Shown: positions 1 through 12,511 of the stretch, one piece after another
Layout: the number at the start of each line of letters is the position of its first letter
Position numbering within the stretch: the first letter of the stretch is position 1
NCBI GenBank assembly: GCA_051294375.1
Contig: JBJCIZ010000282.1
Span: 50,494-114,493 of the forward strand
Reading direction: 5' to 3'
Source: Paraspadella gotoi
Taxonomy: Eukaryota; Animalia; Chaetognatha
DNA length: 64,000 nt
Notes under the pieces: generated by a model
The model's database searches: none
The model's input: only the letters and a program-made list of their open reading frames with translations
Told to the model about the DNA's origin: nothing
Translations under genes and position numbers: made by a program

Positions 1-739
1 TTTCCGCCTCTACGGGACCCCTCCATCTGCTCCGAGGCCTGTTTTTGTCGTATAATTTTCTCCGCGGGGCCTCGGTCGGAATCTCTATTAGCGCGGCGTG
101 CAGGGGCATGCGGGCCAGTTTTTTCCTCAAGCAATAGCGCTACAGTTTTTTAGTCATGCGCTGCCTGCTAAAGGTCCTCTCCTTCCGTAAGTTGATAAGC
201 GTTCGTCATTCTGGAACCCGTGCGTTGTCAAAAGTGTTCACGAAGTCACGTGCATAGGTTGCGTTGCAACCATTTTGCATTCATTTTTCTGGTGATCTCG
301 GGTATAGCAGGTCTCTTTCCAAGGCTGAATTTTTACCCAGTTTTTCAGTGTTCGTGTGATACTCATGTTATTCTTTCCCGCGGGTTCTGGGGTAATTTTT
401 TTACATTCGAGGCAAAAGTAAAATGTCGCCATAGTTTAGCAAAAACATAGATCGATCCCCTTGCTGCGAGATCGCTCAAGCCGTACCGTGAACTTATGTG
501 TCAATTACTTGCCTGGCTCATTCGCTTCTCAGAGTCACGTATAGAGAAACGAATTTTTATAAGGTTACCCGCGTGAAACCTTGGGGCTGCTTTTTGACCG
601 GTCCGTTTTTCCACTTCCCGTACGATCGAGACACGACCACCCGGGCCATTTGACTTTCGTTCTAATTCGCGCTCCTTTACCGGGGCTTTCCATCGTTCGC
701 GGGTAGTTTGTTATCTATTTCGTCATGGATTCTCCGCGA

Positions 740-1360
740 TCGCCCTGACGGTAGTCATGTGGAGCAACGGTTCGTATACCCGTGCATGCACACTTTTTTT
801 TTAAAATATTTTTTTTCTCCGGGATCTCGCCCTGACGGAGTCACGGCGATTTCTCGGACTTATCGTTGCGCTAGTATATTTTACAAAAGATTGTTGCGAT
901 GGCGCGGGGACTCTGCGAAAAACCTTAGCGAGGGAGCTAAGGAACGCAGCTTCGCCGAGTCGCCTAGATTTTCCCCTTTGAGAAGCGGCCCGGCCCTGAC
1001 GGAGGTCACGGCGAAGTCACGGTTCGATACCCGTGCATGCACCACTTTTTTCTTAAATATTAATTTTTTTTTTTTACTCCCGGATCGCCCTGACGGAGTC
1101 CGGCGATTCTCCGGACTTATCTGCGCTGTGATTTATATACGACATAATGGAGACGGGCGGGTAGAGAAAGGCGTGGGCCCGCGATCTTCTCTTTACCTAG
1201 CGACATCCCCGTTACCCGTAATACACGAAATGGCGAACGAACCCGTCTGGTTCCGACGTTCACCGTTTCATGAATTTCCCCCAGCGATCGCCCCTGACGA
1301 GTCACGGGCGTATCACGGGATTCGAAATCCCACGCATGCACCACCTTTTTTATATTTTTT
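740..1360 (+). repeat. Degenerate ~250-300 bp tandem repeat with tRNA T-arm/B-box-like motif followed by oligo-T
   Basis: Three units: ggttcgtatacccgtgcatgcacac-T(n) ~769, ggttcgatacccgtgcatgcaccac-T(n) 1021, gggattcgaaatcccacgcatgcaccac-T(n) ~1317; cgccctgacggagtcacggcga-like motif recurs. Confidence 0.6.
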
Positions 1361-2069
1361 TAACACCGGTCTCCGTCTCGCTTGCCTCCAGTCAACCGGC
1401 GGGATATCTCAAATTGCCGGACGTACGCCGGGGGACTTCCGCCGAAAATCCTCTAATCGCGTATCGTGACCGTTGCCCGGGCGGCCAGCGCTGCCTCGAC
1501 ATGCGCGGGAATCTCAAATCTTTGCGGTCGACGATTCGCGCGTGGACCGCGAAAGACATTCATGGTTACCAAAAGACCGTGCCACGTCGTTTTGCCCAGC
1601 GCTTGCACATACCGCCGACACGCTATCCTGGACGGAGGAGCCGTTGCACGGTCAGGACCTCAAATAGCCCGTCTCCCGGTGCCTGGGCGATCAATGGTCG
1701 ACGCAGACAACTGATGAGCTCTCCAGTCCCAAGCCACGGCTCGGGCGGGCCCGATACCCGCTGCCTGCCTCTACAATAGGAGAATCGATTCACTACGAGG
1801 TTCAACCCAATAGGAATACGGTTAAAGAGGCTCTCTTATAAGGCGTAGGGAGACACTCAAATTATCCAGAAAATGTAGACCCATCCCAATATACTTAGAA
1901 TCTCTTTAGGGAAAAATAAAAATTTTGCCGGAGCCAAATCAATTAAAGGACGTTTAACATAGGATCCTATTGCGTTGGAACCTCGTACAGGCCGTATTTT
2001 AGGCGTGCACAACGGGCAGGCCAACAAAGAAAGTTTACTACGAAATCAAAAATAGTAACATTTGTACTT

Positions 2070-3760
2070 ACGGGTTAGGGTTGAGCAGTTTACACACGTA
2101 ATTAAATAATACTAATATTTGAAACTTACGGGGTTAGGGTTTAGCAGTTTACGTGATATATTAAATGAAAATAAATACAGATGTATGACGATTCTGGCTA
2201 GTGTTAGGGTTGAAGAGTTACAAAAATATAAAATAAGGAGTTTATGAGGTTTTTCGAGTTAGGGTTTTAGGGGTTAGGGAGTTTACAAAGCGCGTTTTTT
2301 AGCTAAGGGGTCTTAGGTGTTGACAGAGTTTTACAATGAGATTAAAATATTTGGACATATTGAATTTTTGTAGTTAGGGTTAGGGTTTGGGAGTTTACAA
2401 ACGCGTTTTTTAGCTAGGGTTAGGGTTGAAGAGTTTACCAAACATAAAAACGTGAAGGACGTATTGAGTTTTTTTTGAGTTTAGGGTTCAGGCAGTCTGA
2501 GAGTTACAAATGCAATTTTGTTAGCTTGAGCGTTATGTGATGTCTTGGTTTAGGGTTAGGGTTAGGGTATTGAATATCGTTATCAAAGCACTTGGCGTTA
2601 GGGTTAGAGAGTTTATACAAATTTGTGTTTTAGGCGTTAGGGTTTTGAGTAGTTTTTAGGTAGATATGTTTGGCATTTTGAGTTAGGGTTAGGGCTTGAG
2701 TAGTGTAGGTTAGGGTTAAAGCAATTAATGTCGCATTTCGCATGCTGACCTACATTCTAGCGTTCTAGTTATGGCGATTTCCGCCTAAACTAAACTCAGA
2801 TTTAGTTCAGGGTTGAGTTGGTTTAGGGTTAGGTGAGTAGGTAGTCAGTTAGAGGTTTAGGCGTTGAGTAGTTTAGGTTAGGTGAGTGGTTAGGTTAGGG
2901 TTAGTTAAGTTTAAGTTTATCTCGTTTAGGCTATATTTAATGTCCAATTTTAGGGATAGGGGTAGGGAGGTGTTGTGTGATGCCTAGAGGCCCGCGTTAG
3001 GTAGGGTTGAGCACGGAGATTGTATCGAGAGCCTGGGCTCCGGTTTAGGGGTTAGGTTTGGAGAGAGGCCGTGGGTTATATATCGAAGGGGCATTAGGGT
3101 TAGGGTTGAGGTACGGAGGGATGTACGGAGGGCCCGGGCCTGTTGTTTAGGGTTAGGGAGAGGCATGTGAGTTGAATGAGGCTTGGTTTAGGGTTAGGTT
3201 GCGGGAGGACCCATGGTGATGCAGAGGGGGTGGGTTTGGGGTGAGACGGGAGATTGTTACGGGTAGGCTGGCCTGGCGTTAGGGGTTAGGGAAGAGGCAT
3301 GGGAGTTGAACGGGAGCTATGTTTAGGGTTAGGGTTGGGGCGAGGGCGCCCGTGGTTGATGCATTCGAAGGCCCGTGGTTTTGGGGGTTGTTTTGTTAGG
3401 GTTTGAGGCACGGAGATTTACGGGAGGCTGACGGGTAGGGTTAGGTGGATGGCACAGAGTTTGAACGGCAAGGCCTTGGTTTAGCGTTGGGTGGGGAGGG
3501 GCCGTGGTTGAGACACAAAGGCTGGGGTTAGGGTTTGAGGCATGGAGATGTACGGGCCCAGGCCCGGATTAGGGTTAGGGAGAGGCACAAGCTTTGAACG
3601 GGAGTTTGGTTTTAGGGTTAGGGTTGCGAGAGGAGCCTGAAGGTGTTATGCTTCATCCCCGTTGTTAGCTGGCTTTTCTATGTAATCGTACAGTTCGCCA
3701 GTGGGACTGGCGACATCGCCAAAGCCCTGGCGATATCGCCATGGCAAGTCGCCAACCAAA
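2070..3760 (+). repeat. Interstitial TTAGGG-rich degenerate repeat element (copy 1)
   Basis: Dozens of ttagggttaggg motifs interspersed with conserved spacers (acggagatgtacgg, agaggcccgtgg); 2750-3650 is colinear with 52960-53790. Confidence 0.85.
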
Positions 3761-3889
3761 CTAGCAACCAGCTATCAGATACGTTACTTACTAAACATAC
3801 TCGGCGTATCTATCCAATTTTTAATAAACATAATTATTATGAGTAAATTTGTAAATATAACTGTCAAGTGTAAATATGACTTTTGTTTT

Positions 3890-4367
3890 TTCCTTTTATC
3901 ATTTCCCACTTGGCACGCATTTCTCATTCGAAAATTTTATATCCAGCTCAATCACACACTTTCCTACCATCACTACAACAATTTAAAGTCAATTGCCCTA
4001 TTCATCATGGAGCAATTGACGTTCAGATAGTTGAAATAGATTTTTGTTTTCCATTAAACCAGATTTCCACTCGCACGATTCCATCGAAACTTCTTATTCA
4101 TCTCAATCACACAGTTTTCCTAACCCACACACAAAATTTCATACCAATCATCCCATCCACACGAGAATGGAGTATTTTTGCTAAGGGGGGTAGGACAGAC
4201 CGCGCACGGACGGACGCGATGGACATCATTTTTTTGCATAATTTATCATAATTCAAGGTTCAGATATGGTAATAATGATTTACCGACAATATTTTGGGGT
4301 GGGACCGACGGACCGACAAAGTGAATTATAGAATCGGAATCTGCTGATAAGCAGACCCGACTAAAAA
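3890..4367 (-). mobile_element. DINE-1/Helentron-like non-autonomous element, family 1 (5' part)
   Basis: Reverse complement of the T-rich 5' end with gtcgg.tctgcttatcagcaga hairpin, GTCC microsatellite and core repeat also seen at 40428, 52155, 62940. Confidence 0.75.
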
Positions 4368-4599
4368 CAATGAGCAAGTAAAAAAAAAGATAAAAATAGA
4401 AAAAAAATTGGAATAAAAAATGAAATGGAAGATGGATTAAAGATGAGAAAATAATGAAAAATTCTTAAAAAAGAGAATTAAAAATGAAAACAAGGTGAAA
4501 TAAAAATACAAAAAGAAATTAAATATTATCTAACAAGTTTGAGCAAACAATGTTGGATCTGCCTACAATAAATCAGCTATCAGATTGACTAAAGTCTTG

Positions 4600-4998
4600 A
4601 ATGACTTGCCTCGAGGCACCAATGCTGATGAACGGTTGGTGGATTTTAGTCCACCATACTACTATGATCACACACTTTTATAAAACTTCATTGTAATTCA
4701 TAATTATTTTTATTTAAAAAAAAATTGTAAGTCCCAGCCAAAACTATAAAAGCGTAGTTTTTATATAAAAAAGCATCCATGGTATATCCTTTCTTTTCGT
4801 TGTTGTATAGAGATTTACAAGGAAATTTGAATTGTTACAACGATTTGATTTTATTAATAATAAAATCGTTGTAACAATTCAAATTTCCTTGTAAATATAA
4901 AAAAGCGTAACGCCGCCGACAACGACGACGACGTCACAAAAAAGCTCACCCGAAACAATATCGAGCCTGGCCCGGCTTTACCGGCAGGCTCGATAAAA
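4600..4998 (-). mobile_element. DINE-1/Helentron-like element, family 2 (5' part), carrying a palindromic insert
   Basis: Reverse complement of the 7782 start (atcgagcc..ccggc..ggctc hairpin, (GTC)n, tttttatataaaaactac). Confidence 0.7.
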
Positions 4999-5342
4999 AT
5001 AAAAGTAAAAATGAAGTAAAATTAAATTTAAAAAAAAGTAGGAATGAAAAAAAAAGAATATATCATCGCAGGAGATCAATCTCATCAGAATCAAAAACGG
5101 ATTGTATATATTTTTAATAAATTTTTGGAAGGAGAAGCAAGATTTCTTATTAGTAACAGTTAAAAGATATGCAGATTTAATAAAATAAAACCCAATAACC
5201 AAACTTTAAGCAAAAATGCGATAAAATTCTCAAAGACCTAGGAGTCCATAATTTGTTTTATTGTAATTAGGACATATTAAACAACCGGAATCCCCAGTAC
5301 AGTAATGATTCTCCATATACTCCATAGTATGACCCCCCCTAG

Positions 5343-5503
5343 TGTGGATGAACAACAACAACACTCAACCTCAAACTTGTCTTAATCTCACTCTCTCTTT
5401 CTCTCTTACTTACTTTCTCCTTTTTACTGTTATTGTTTATAACCTTGTTAGAGAATAAATCCATTCTTGATCTAAAATCTGTTGCATCCACACGTGGTGA
5501 CCC
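5343..5503 (+). mobile_element. Short (150 bp) LTR followed by a tRNA-Trp-like PBS; truncated LTR element
   Basis: 8-bp terminal inverted repeat TGTGGATG(5343)...CATCCACA(5492), AATAAA ~5454, TGGTGACCC at 5495. Confidence 0.6.
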
Positions 5504-5923
5504 TTGTAAACAAAAAATAATATTGGTTAATCCAATGTGTTGCGCCGCTGTGACTTTACTTTCACATGTATTTCTCGTGGCTTAAATTTCAAGATTTTCC
5601 CTTCTTATCTAGATCAATCATGCACTTTGAGCACTTGGAGTTTAAAGCTAAGGTAGGACGGACATACGGAATAATGCACGGACAGATATTTTTTTGGCCT
5701 AATTTTTCGTAATTCAATGTTCAAAGATGATTAAAGTGACTGATTAAATGGGGCGACATTGAAGTGAAAAAATAAAAAAGAAATAAAGAATGTAAAATAA
5801 AAAGAAAGAAAAATAGAAAGAAAGAAAAAAAAAGAAAAAGGAAATATAGTAAGATAGAATCATAAAAAGTTAAAAAAGTAGAGAAAAAAAGCATAAAAGA
5901 GAAAGAAAGAAATAGAGAGACGA

Positions 5924-5955
<32 letters not shown>

Positions 5956-6714
5956 AANNNNNNNNNNNNNNNNNNNNNNNNNNNNNNNNNNNNNNNNNNN
6001 NNNNNNNNNNNNNNNNNNNNNNNNNNNNNNNNNNNNNNNNNNNNNNNNNNNNNNNNNNNNNNNNNNNNNNNNNNNNNNNNNNNNNNNNNNNNNNNNNNNN
6101 NNNNNNNNNNNNNNNNNNNNNNNNNNNNNNNNNNNNNNNNNNNNNNNNNNNNNNNNNNNNNNNNNNNNNNNNNNNNNNNNNNNNNNNNNNNNNNNNNNNN
6201 NNNNNNNNNNNNNNNNNNNNNNNNNNNNNNNNNNNNNNNNNNNNNNNNNNNNNNNNNNNNNNNNNNNNNNNNNNNNNNNNNNNNNNNNNNNNNNNNNNNN
6301 NNNNNNNNNNNNNNNNNNNNNNNNNNNNNNNNNNNNNNNNNNNNNNNNNNNNNNNNNNNNNNNNNNNNNNNNNNNNNNNNNNNNNNNNNNNNNNNNNNNN
6401 NNNNNNNNNNNNNNNNNNNNNNNNNNNNNNNNNNNNNNNNNNNNNNNNNNNNNNNNNNNNNNNNNNNNNNNNNNNNNNNNNNNNNNNNNNNNNNNNNNNN
6501 NNNNNNNNNNNNNNNNNNNNNNNNNNNNNNNNNNNNNNNNNNNNNNNNNNNNNNNNNNNNNNNNNNNNNNNNNNNNNNNNNNNNNNNNNNNNNNNNNNNN
6601 NNNNNNNNNNNNNNNNNNNNNNNNNNNNNNNNNNNNNNNNNNNNNNNNNNNNNNNNNNNNNNNNNNNNNNNNNNNNNNNNNNNNNNNNNNNNNNNNNNNN
6701 NNNNNNNNNNTACA

Positions 6715-7785
6715 AGTGCGGAGCGAATGACTTGCCTCCGGCACCATTATGGCCGTGATGAAACAGTTGGTGGATTTAATCCACCATAGGATTAAGTATT
6801 TTTTTGTTTGGAATTTCCACTTCATTATGATATACTGCAATATGCAAATGAGATTATAGTACTCATTATAATATCCAAATTAGTATATAGAAATGCTTTA
6901 ATCTAATTTACATATTGCAGTATATAATATTGAAGATGAAATTCAAAAAAAAAAATTTTATATCTATAATAAAAATGGAAAATCAAAGGACCTTTTTAAT
7001 GAGAAGCTATATCTTAATTTTAATACAAACAAAAATAAAATCTTTTACAGGCTATGATTCTTTTATTTCTTTAAATTATATATATATTTTTTTCTCTTTT
7101 TCTGAAAAAAACGAGTTAAGGCTCTGCAGTGACTGTACAGCAGCCTTCCAGCAGCTGTCCAGCTTTGTCTCTCTCTGTCTCTCTCTGTGTCTCTCTGTGT
7201 CTCTCTCTCTCTCTCTCTGTACGATTTTTTGCGTGATCGTTCGCTTTTTTCCTTTTAAAAACTTTTATTATCGATATTTATTCCGCGCCTTTTTCTCAAT
7301 ACAAAATGCCAAATTTACATCTGAGATTTTCGTGGATTTTTTTGAGAAAATGTAAAGAATAACTTACTTGACCTGGATTTTGTGGCCGTTGCGGGGCAAT
7401 AACGCATTTTGAAGGCAACGGAAACGTTACGGGTATAAAAAAAATCAACTTGACCGAGATCACGCCGCCGTTGCGAGGCCATCTTTCTCTCTCTCTCTCT
7501 CTCTATCTCTTTTTTTTTCTTTCTAAAAACTTTTATTATCGCCATTTATTCCGCGCTTTTTTCTCAATACATAATCCCAAATTTACATCCAAGATTTTCG
7601 TAGATTTTTTTTCTAAAAATTCTGATTATTCTTTATATAAACAAGAGTGACCTAATAATTGCATCAATCATTTTATTATCATCACATCAGTCATTTCGTT
7701 ATCATCGCATCAATTATTGGTTATCATCGCATCAATATTGGTTACCATCGAAAGCTGGCTCGATCCTTATGCTTTTAAGATTTTT
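6715..7785 (+). mobile_element. DINE-1/Helentron-like family 2 copy (5' end lost in gap)
   Basis: Colinear with 8050-8460; ends in ggctcgatccttatgcttttaagatttttt, the same 3' end as 9650-9680. Confidence 0.7.
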
Positions 7786-9385
7786 TATCGAGCCATGACC
7801 GGCGAAGCCGGTTCAGGCTCTATAATGTTTTAGGTTTGCTTCTTTGTGACGTCGTCGCCGTCACGCTGTTTTTATATAAAAACTACTACGCTTTTATAGG
7901 TTTGGCTGTGACTTACCGTTTTTTTTTTAAATAAAAATTATTATGAATCATGATAAAGTTTTTACAAAAGTGTGGCGATCATAGTAAGTTAAATTTAGAT
8001 ATGGCTTCTCATCTTGAAAATAACTTTGATATTTTCTTATTACTTTTGGATTTAAGTATTTTTTGTTTGAATTTCCACTTCATTATGATTTACTGCAATA
8101 TGCAAATGAGATTATAGTACTCATTATAATATCCAAATTCAAAAAAAAATTTTTTAAATCTATAATAAAAATGGGAACTCAAAATAACTTTTTAATGAGA
8201 AGCTATATCTTAATTTTAATACAAATAAAATAAAATCTTTTACAAGCTGCGATTGGAAAAAATTGGAAAAATTTCCAATTGTAAACCATGTAACATTTTT
8301 AGCCTTTCTTTTATTTATTTTTTAATTATATATATTTTTTTTCAGGCGCTGCCTTTTCTGAATCGTTTAAAAACGAGTTCAGTCTCTCTCTGTCTCTCTT
8401 TGTGTGCGTCTGTCTCTCTCTGTACGATCTCTTGCGTGATCGGTTTCGTTTTTGAAAAATTCTGATTATTTTTTTCTTTCTAAAAAACATATATATTTGA
8501 TCAGGCGCTGCCTTTTCTGAATCGTTTAAAAAACGAGTTCAGGCTCTCTCTCTCTCTCTCCCTCCGCCTCCCTCCCTCTTCTCTCTCTCTCTTTTTTTTT
8601 ACAAAAAAAAAATTATTCACTTTTTTTACCACCGTTTTTTGAAAATTCTTATTATTTTTTTCCTTCTAAAAACTTTTATTATCGCCATTTTTTTTCTCAA
8701 TACAAAATCCAAAATTTTCATCGAGATTTTCGTGGATTCATTTTAGAAAAAAGGAAGAACAACTTATATGCAGGCAATGTCACATGTACATCAACTTGTG
8801 TGACAGGTAAGTGATACCTGCTATATATCCGGCAATTGCGCGGATTAATATAATATAAAATATAATAAAAAAAATATAACAATCTAAAATTTCATTCAAG
8901 ATTAAAACTTTTTAAGATGAGGAAATAAAATTTATTTGAATAAGTAAAAAAAATATTTGGAAGTCAAAATCTCATAGTCGTTAACTGATTATTGTCAACT
9001 ATATATTTTATTAATAGATATTATAATTTTTGACTGTTATTATTGAAAATAGTTTTTGCCTTATAGCGACGAGTTTTCATTTCATACAATCAATATCAAT
9101 CTCATTATTTTAAATAATATGCAAAAAAATAAGGTTTTCAACCTCATTTTGAACTAGATGAACAAAAGACTTCAGTCTTATTTCAATTGAAAAAAAAATA
9201 GAAATTTAATTGATGCTTCATCACACTCTAATAAAACAATTTTATTTTTATCACGCCACTTTTTTCTTAATACAAAATCCCAAATTTATTTCCGAGATTT
9301 TCGTGGATTTTTATATTTTTCCTTCTAAAAACTTGTATTATTATTTTATTTTTCTCTCTATATTTCTCTCTCAATCAACTCTCTG

Positions 9386-9430
<45 letters not shown>

Positions 9431-9680
9431 AATTAACTCATCACGTCAATGAATGACTAGCATCGCATCAATGAATGACTATCATCGCATCAATCAATGA
9501 CTATCATCGCATCAATGAATGATTATCATCGCATCAATGAATGACTATCATCGCATCCATCATTTGGTTATCATCGCATCAATCCTTCGGTTATCATCGC
9601 ATCAATATTTGGTTATCATCGCATCAATATTTGGTTATCATCAAAAGTAGGCTCGATCCATATTGCTTTTAAGATTTTTT
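7782..9680 (+). mobile_element. Full-length DINE-1/Helentron-like family 2 element (~1.9 kb)
   Basis: 5' T-run, atcgagcc subTIR with hairpin, (GTC)n; internal ~20-bp ttatcatcgcatcaat repeats 9460-9640; 3' subTIR ggctcgat then T-run. Confidence 0.7.
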
Positions 9681-11215
9681 CCTTTATGAATTAGTAGGTA
9701 AACTCTATTGTAATCAATGTGGTAGTAGTACACTGTACAATGTACAATAGGGTGGAGTGATGAAAAGACTGAGCGATGGAACAATATTTTTTTGCTGCCT
9801 TTGTATAATATGTATATGTAATAAAAAATAATTAAGCAATTTTTCAAAAAAAAAATTGCATAACAGCATGATTAATTGAATTTTCTTTATAGTAATATCC
9901 TTTTAAAATCATAACATTTTTAAATCATATTTTTTTAATTTTATGAACAGTTTTGGATTCGTCGGAAAAAACTGAAAAACTTTTGTAAAATATGTTACAT
10001 GATATTTTTAGGTTAAAGCTTCGAAAAATGACCAAAACGTTTCATCATATAATAGTTTCTACTACAAAGTATGAAAAAGTAGAGAATTTGACCTTTTTTT
10101 TACATTTTTGACGCTGAAGACATTGCAATTTTTCATAACATATTTTATATTTTTGATTAGAGAAAGCAAAGAATTTTGAATTTTTAACACGACTTTTTTA
10201 CTTCATAAAGTTTTGTATCTATTGTTTTCGTCTTTGTGTTTTATTTTAAGCACTTTCTCATGTCATTTATAATCTTTATCTCTCCATATAAAGACTTTTC
10301 TCTCTTGTCTGCATAATCACGCAATGTAGAATGTGTAGGATTACGCTTAGAGATTTGATGATATGTAGTTAGAAAGTAGAGAGTTATGAGTTGGTTATAT
10401 ATAAGCTTCTTTCTCGGCTCTAACAAATGTGTGTTTGTTGGATGTACTCTATTGTTATTATTAGTCGCGTTTGTCAGATGTGAAGTACAGTCGTTTTTTT
10501 CATATGTGTTTGAGGTTGTAGATTTGTTATGCTTGTTTGTTTCTTTTTGTATAACTATGATAGCTTGGTCAAGTTTGTTTAGACGAAGATGTAGAGTAGT
10601 TCAGATGAGTCTAGAGTGAGAGATACACTCTATATCACTTAACAGGGATTATCAATATATTAATATATGCATTTAATTTTTTGCAAATGTACCAACAAAG
10701 ATAAAAATCGTTCTTTTTTTGATTTTATACTATATATCTATTGCGTTGAAATCTTATCATTTAACTAGTGAATAAATAAGTAATTAGCTAGGGATAGTTA
10801 AGTGAAATTAAAATATGAAAGAAAGTTTTTTATAGTTTTAGTTAATAATTAGGAGACTAAGAAAGTGAAATTCAAGGGAAAAAAAGAGCTCAAAATTAGT
10901 TGGCCCCTTTGTTTTGTGCAAATGAAGGACAAGGACGATGAAGACGGGTCATTGGCATGTCAGTGGCTGAGAGGAGAGTACGACCAATCTGGTAAATGCC
11001 GCATTGGAAGCGATCTCGCGGAAAGATCCCCAGGGCCACTCTTATGTCTCTTTGGCCTGATACGCCTGCCGGCTGCCCTCTTCTCGCCTGCTGACGAGGT
11101 GGGCGGTTGTCCGTTCTTGCCACTTTTGTAACAGGAGTGACGGACTCCTCTCCCTCCTCCTGAAGCCGTCGTTTTGGGCGACGCTCAGTCCAAGAGGAGG
11201 GGCTGAGTTGCTGCA

Positions 11216-11580
11216 TTAGAGGGAGAGGCATCGTTTGCCCATTGCCTGCCGGCAAGGGTCTCCGCCTGTCTCGTTGAGTGGAGATAGGGGAGTCATTGTG
11301 CGGGCGTGGTGGCGGCGGGCCTCCACCACGCTTTTGATAAGCGAATCATAGCTTGGAGGGAGATCGAATCGTCCTCCATCACTGTTCAAAGAGGGCTCGA
11401 GGGCTTTGATGTAAATTGCCTTTCTAATACCTCTTGAGAACCAGTTCGGGTCATGGGACAGCACGAGACAGTCTGATTCCCTAAAAAGATGGCCTGTGTC
11501 TGCCGAATGTTCAGCAATTGGGGACAAATAGTGACCTCGGGTCACGGGTAAGGGTTTTTTGTGTTGTTGGAATCGATCTG
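11216..11580 (-). pseudogene. Penelope-like element GIY-YIG endonuclease C-terminal fragment
   Basis: RFQQHKK..SPIAEHSADTGH..VLSHDPNWFSRGIRKAIYI..PSLNSDGG.F.LPPSY matches the Penelope/Poseidon EN tail; conserved E of EAIYI is K. Confidence 0.8.
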
Positions 11581-11799
11581 TCGAACGAAAAAGAAAGGAT
11601 TATCGCATCATATATTTTTTGATATAACTTTTTATGAAGAATCAGAATCTTTAACAAAAATTGCAAAAAAATTATTTTGAAAATTTATGATTTTATAAGG
11701 ATATTACTATAAATATATTGTAATTAATGATACTGTTCCCCAAACAATATAATCAAACGATCTCACGTCTAAATATCTTTGTTCACTCAAATAAAATTT

Positions 11800-12083
11800 C
11801 TGTCTGTCTGTCCGTCCGTCCGCCCCACCTTAGCAAAAAACTCCAATTACTCGTGATTGGATGGATGGATGGATTGAAATAAAATTTTGTGTGTGGGTAG
11901 AGAAGTGTGTGATTGAGCTAGATATGAGGTTTCGATGGAATCGTGCGAGTGGAAAAGTGTTTAAATGGAAAAAACAAAAAAAGAATTTCACATTTTGAAC
12001 GCCAATTACTCATAAGTGGACACTGGACAGGGCGATTGACTAGAAATTTTGTATGTGGGTAGGAAAGTGTTTGATTAAGCTGG
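11800..12083 (+). mobile_element. Family 1 DINE-like copy, interrupted at 12083 and resuming at 31176-31235
   Basis: (GTCY)n and core repeat; consensus gtgattgaacagg|aaatcaagtttcgatgg is split at GCTGG. Confidence 0.75.
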
Positions 12084-12457
12084 CTTAGCAGTTTACGCTA
12101 TTTTCAATGTGTAAATTTATTACAAAGAGAATTTGAAATACGAGCAAAAGTTTATTTACTTATTTACAGTTTTAAAGCGCAATGAGATAAATGAAATTTG
12201 CTAGAAATAATATTGCAACCATTCGGGCCGAGGGCAGCTTCATTTATGAAATCATAGTCTCTCCTTCCTTATTCCTCGGCCCATGAAACTTCCCCTTTGC
12301 CCCAGTCCCGCTCGAAGCCCTGTGATTCGCTGAGGTGGTTCATCATGATCGAATGAGAGATAGAGAGAGAGGGAGAGCGAGAGGGAGGGGGGAGAGAGAG
12401 AGAGAGAGAGATGGGGTTGATCGAAAAGGGGGGAGGCGGATCCCGTATCCGCTGACG
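12084..12457 (-). repeat. Probable 3' LTR of the minus-strand env/OTU Gypsy copy
   Basis: On - strand: env stop, G-rich PPT (ggcggggggcg), then cgtcagcgg...AATAAA...cgtaaactgctaag; termini degenerate. Confidence 0.55.
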
Positions 12458-12511
12458 CGCCCCCCGCCGCCCATGACGAGGGGCCAGGTCTTAGAATGGC
12501 GCCGAGTCCTT

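Noticed and set aside
708-1779. 253-aa and 169-aa ORFs
   Set aside because: Lie in degenerate tandem repeats; no recognisable domain
2070-3650. True telomere
   Set aside because: Repeats are degenerate, interrupted by spacers, internal, and duplicated at 52960
5860-6840. Long ORFs across N runs (also 53898-54224, 57166-57749)
   Set aside because: Artefacts of translating gaps
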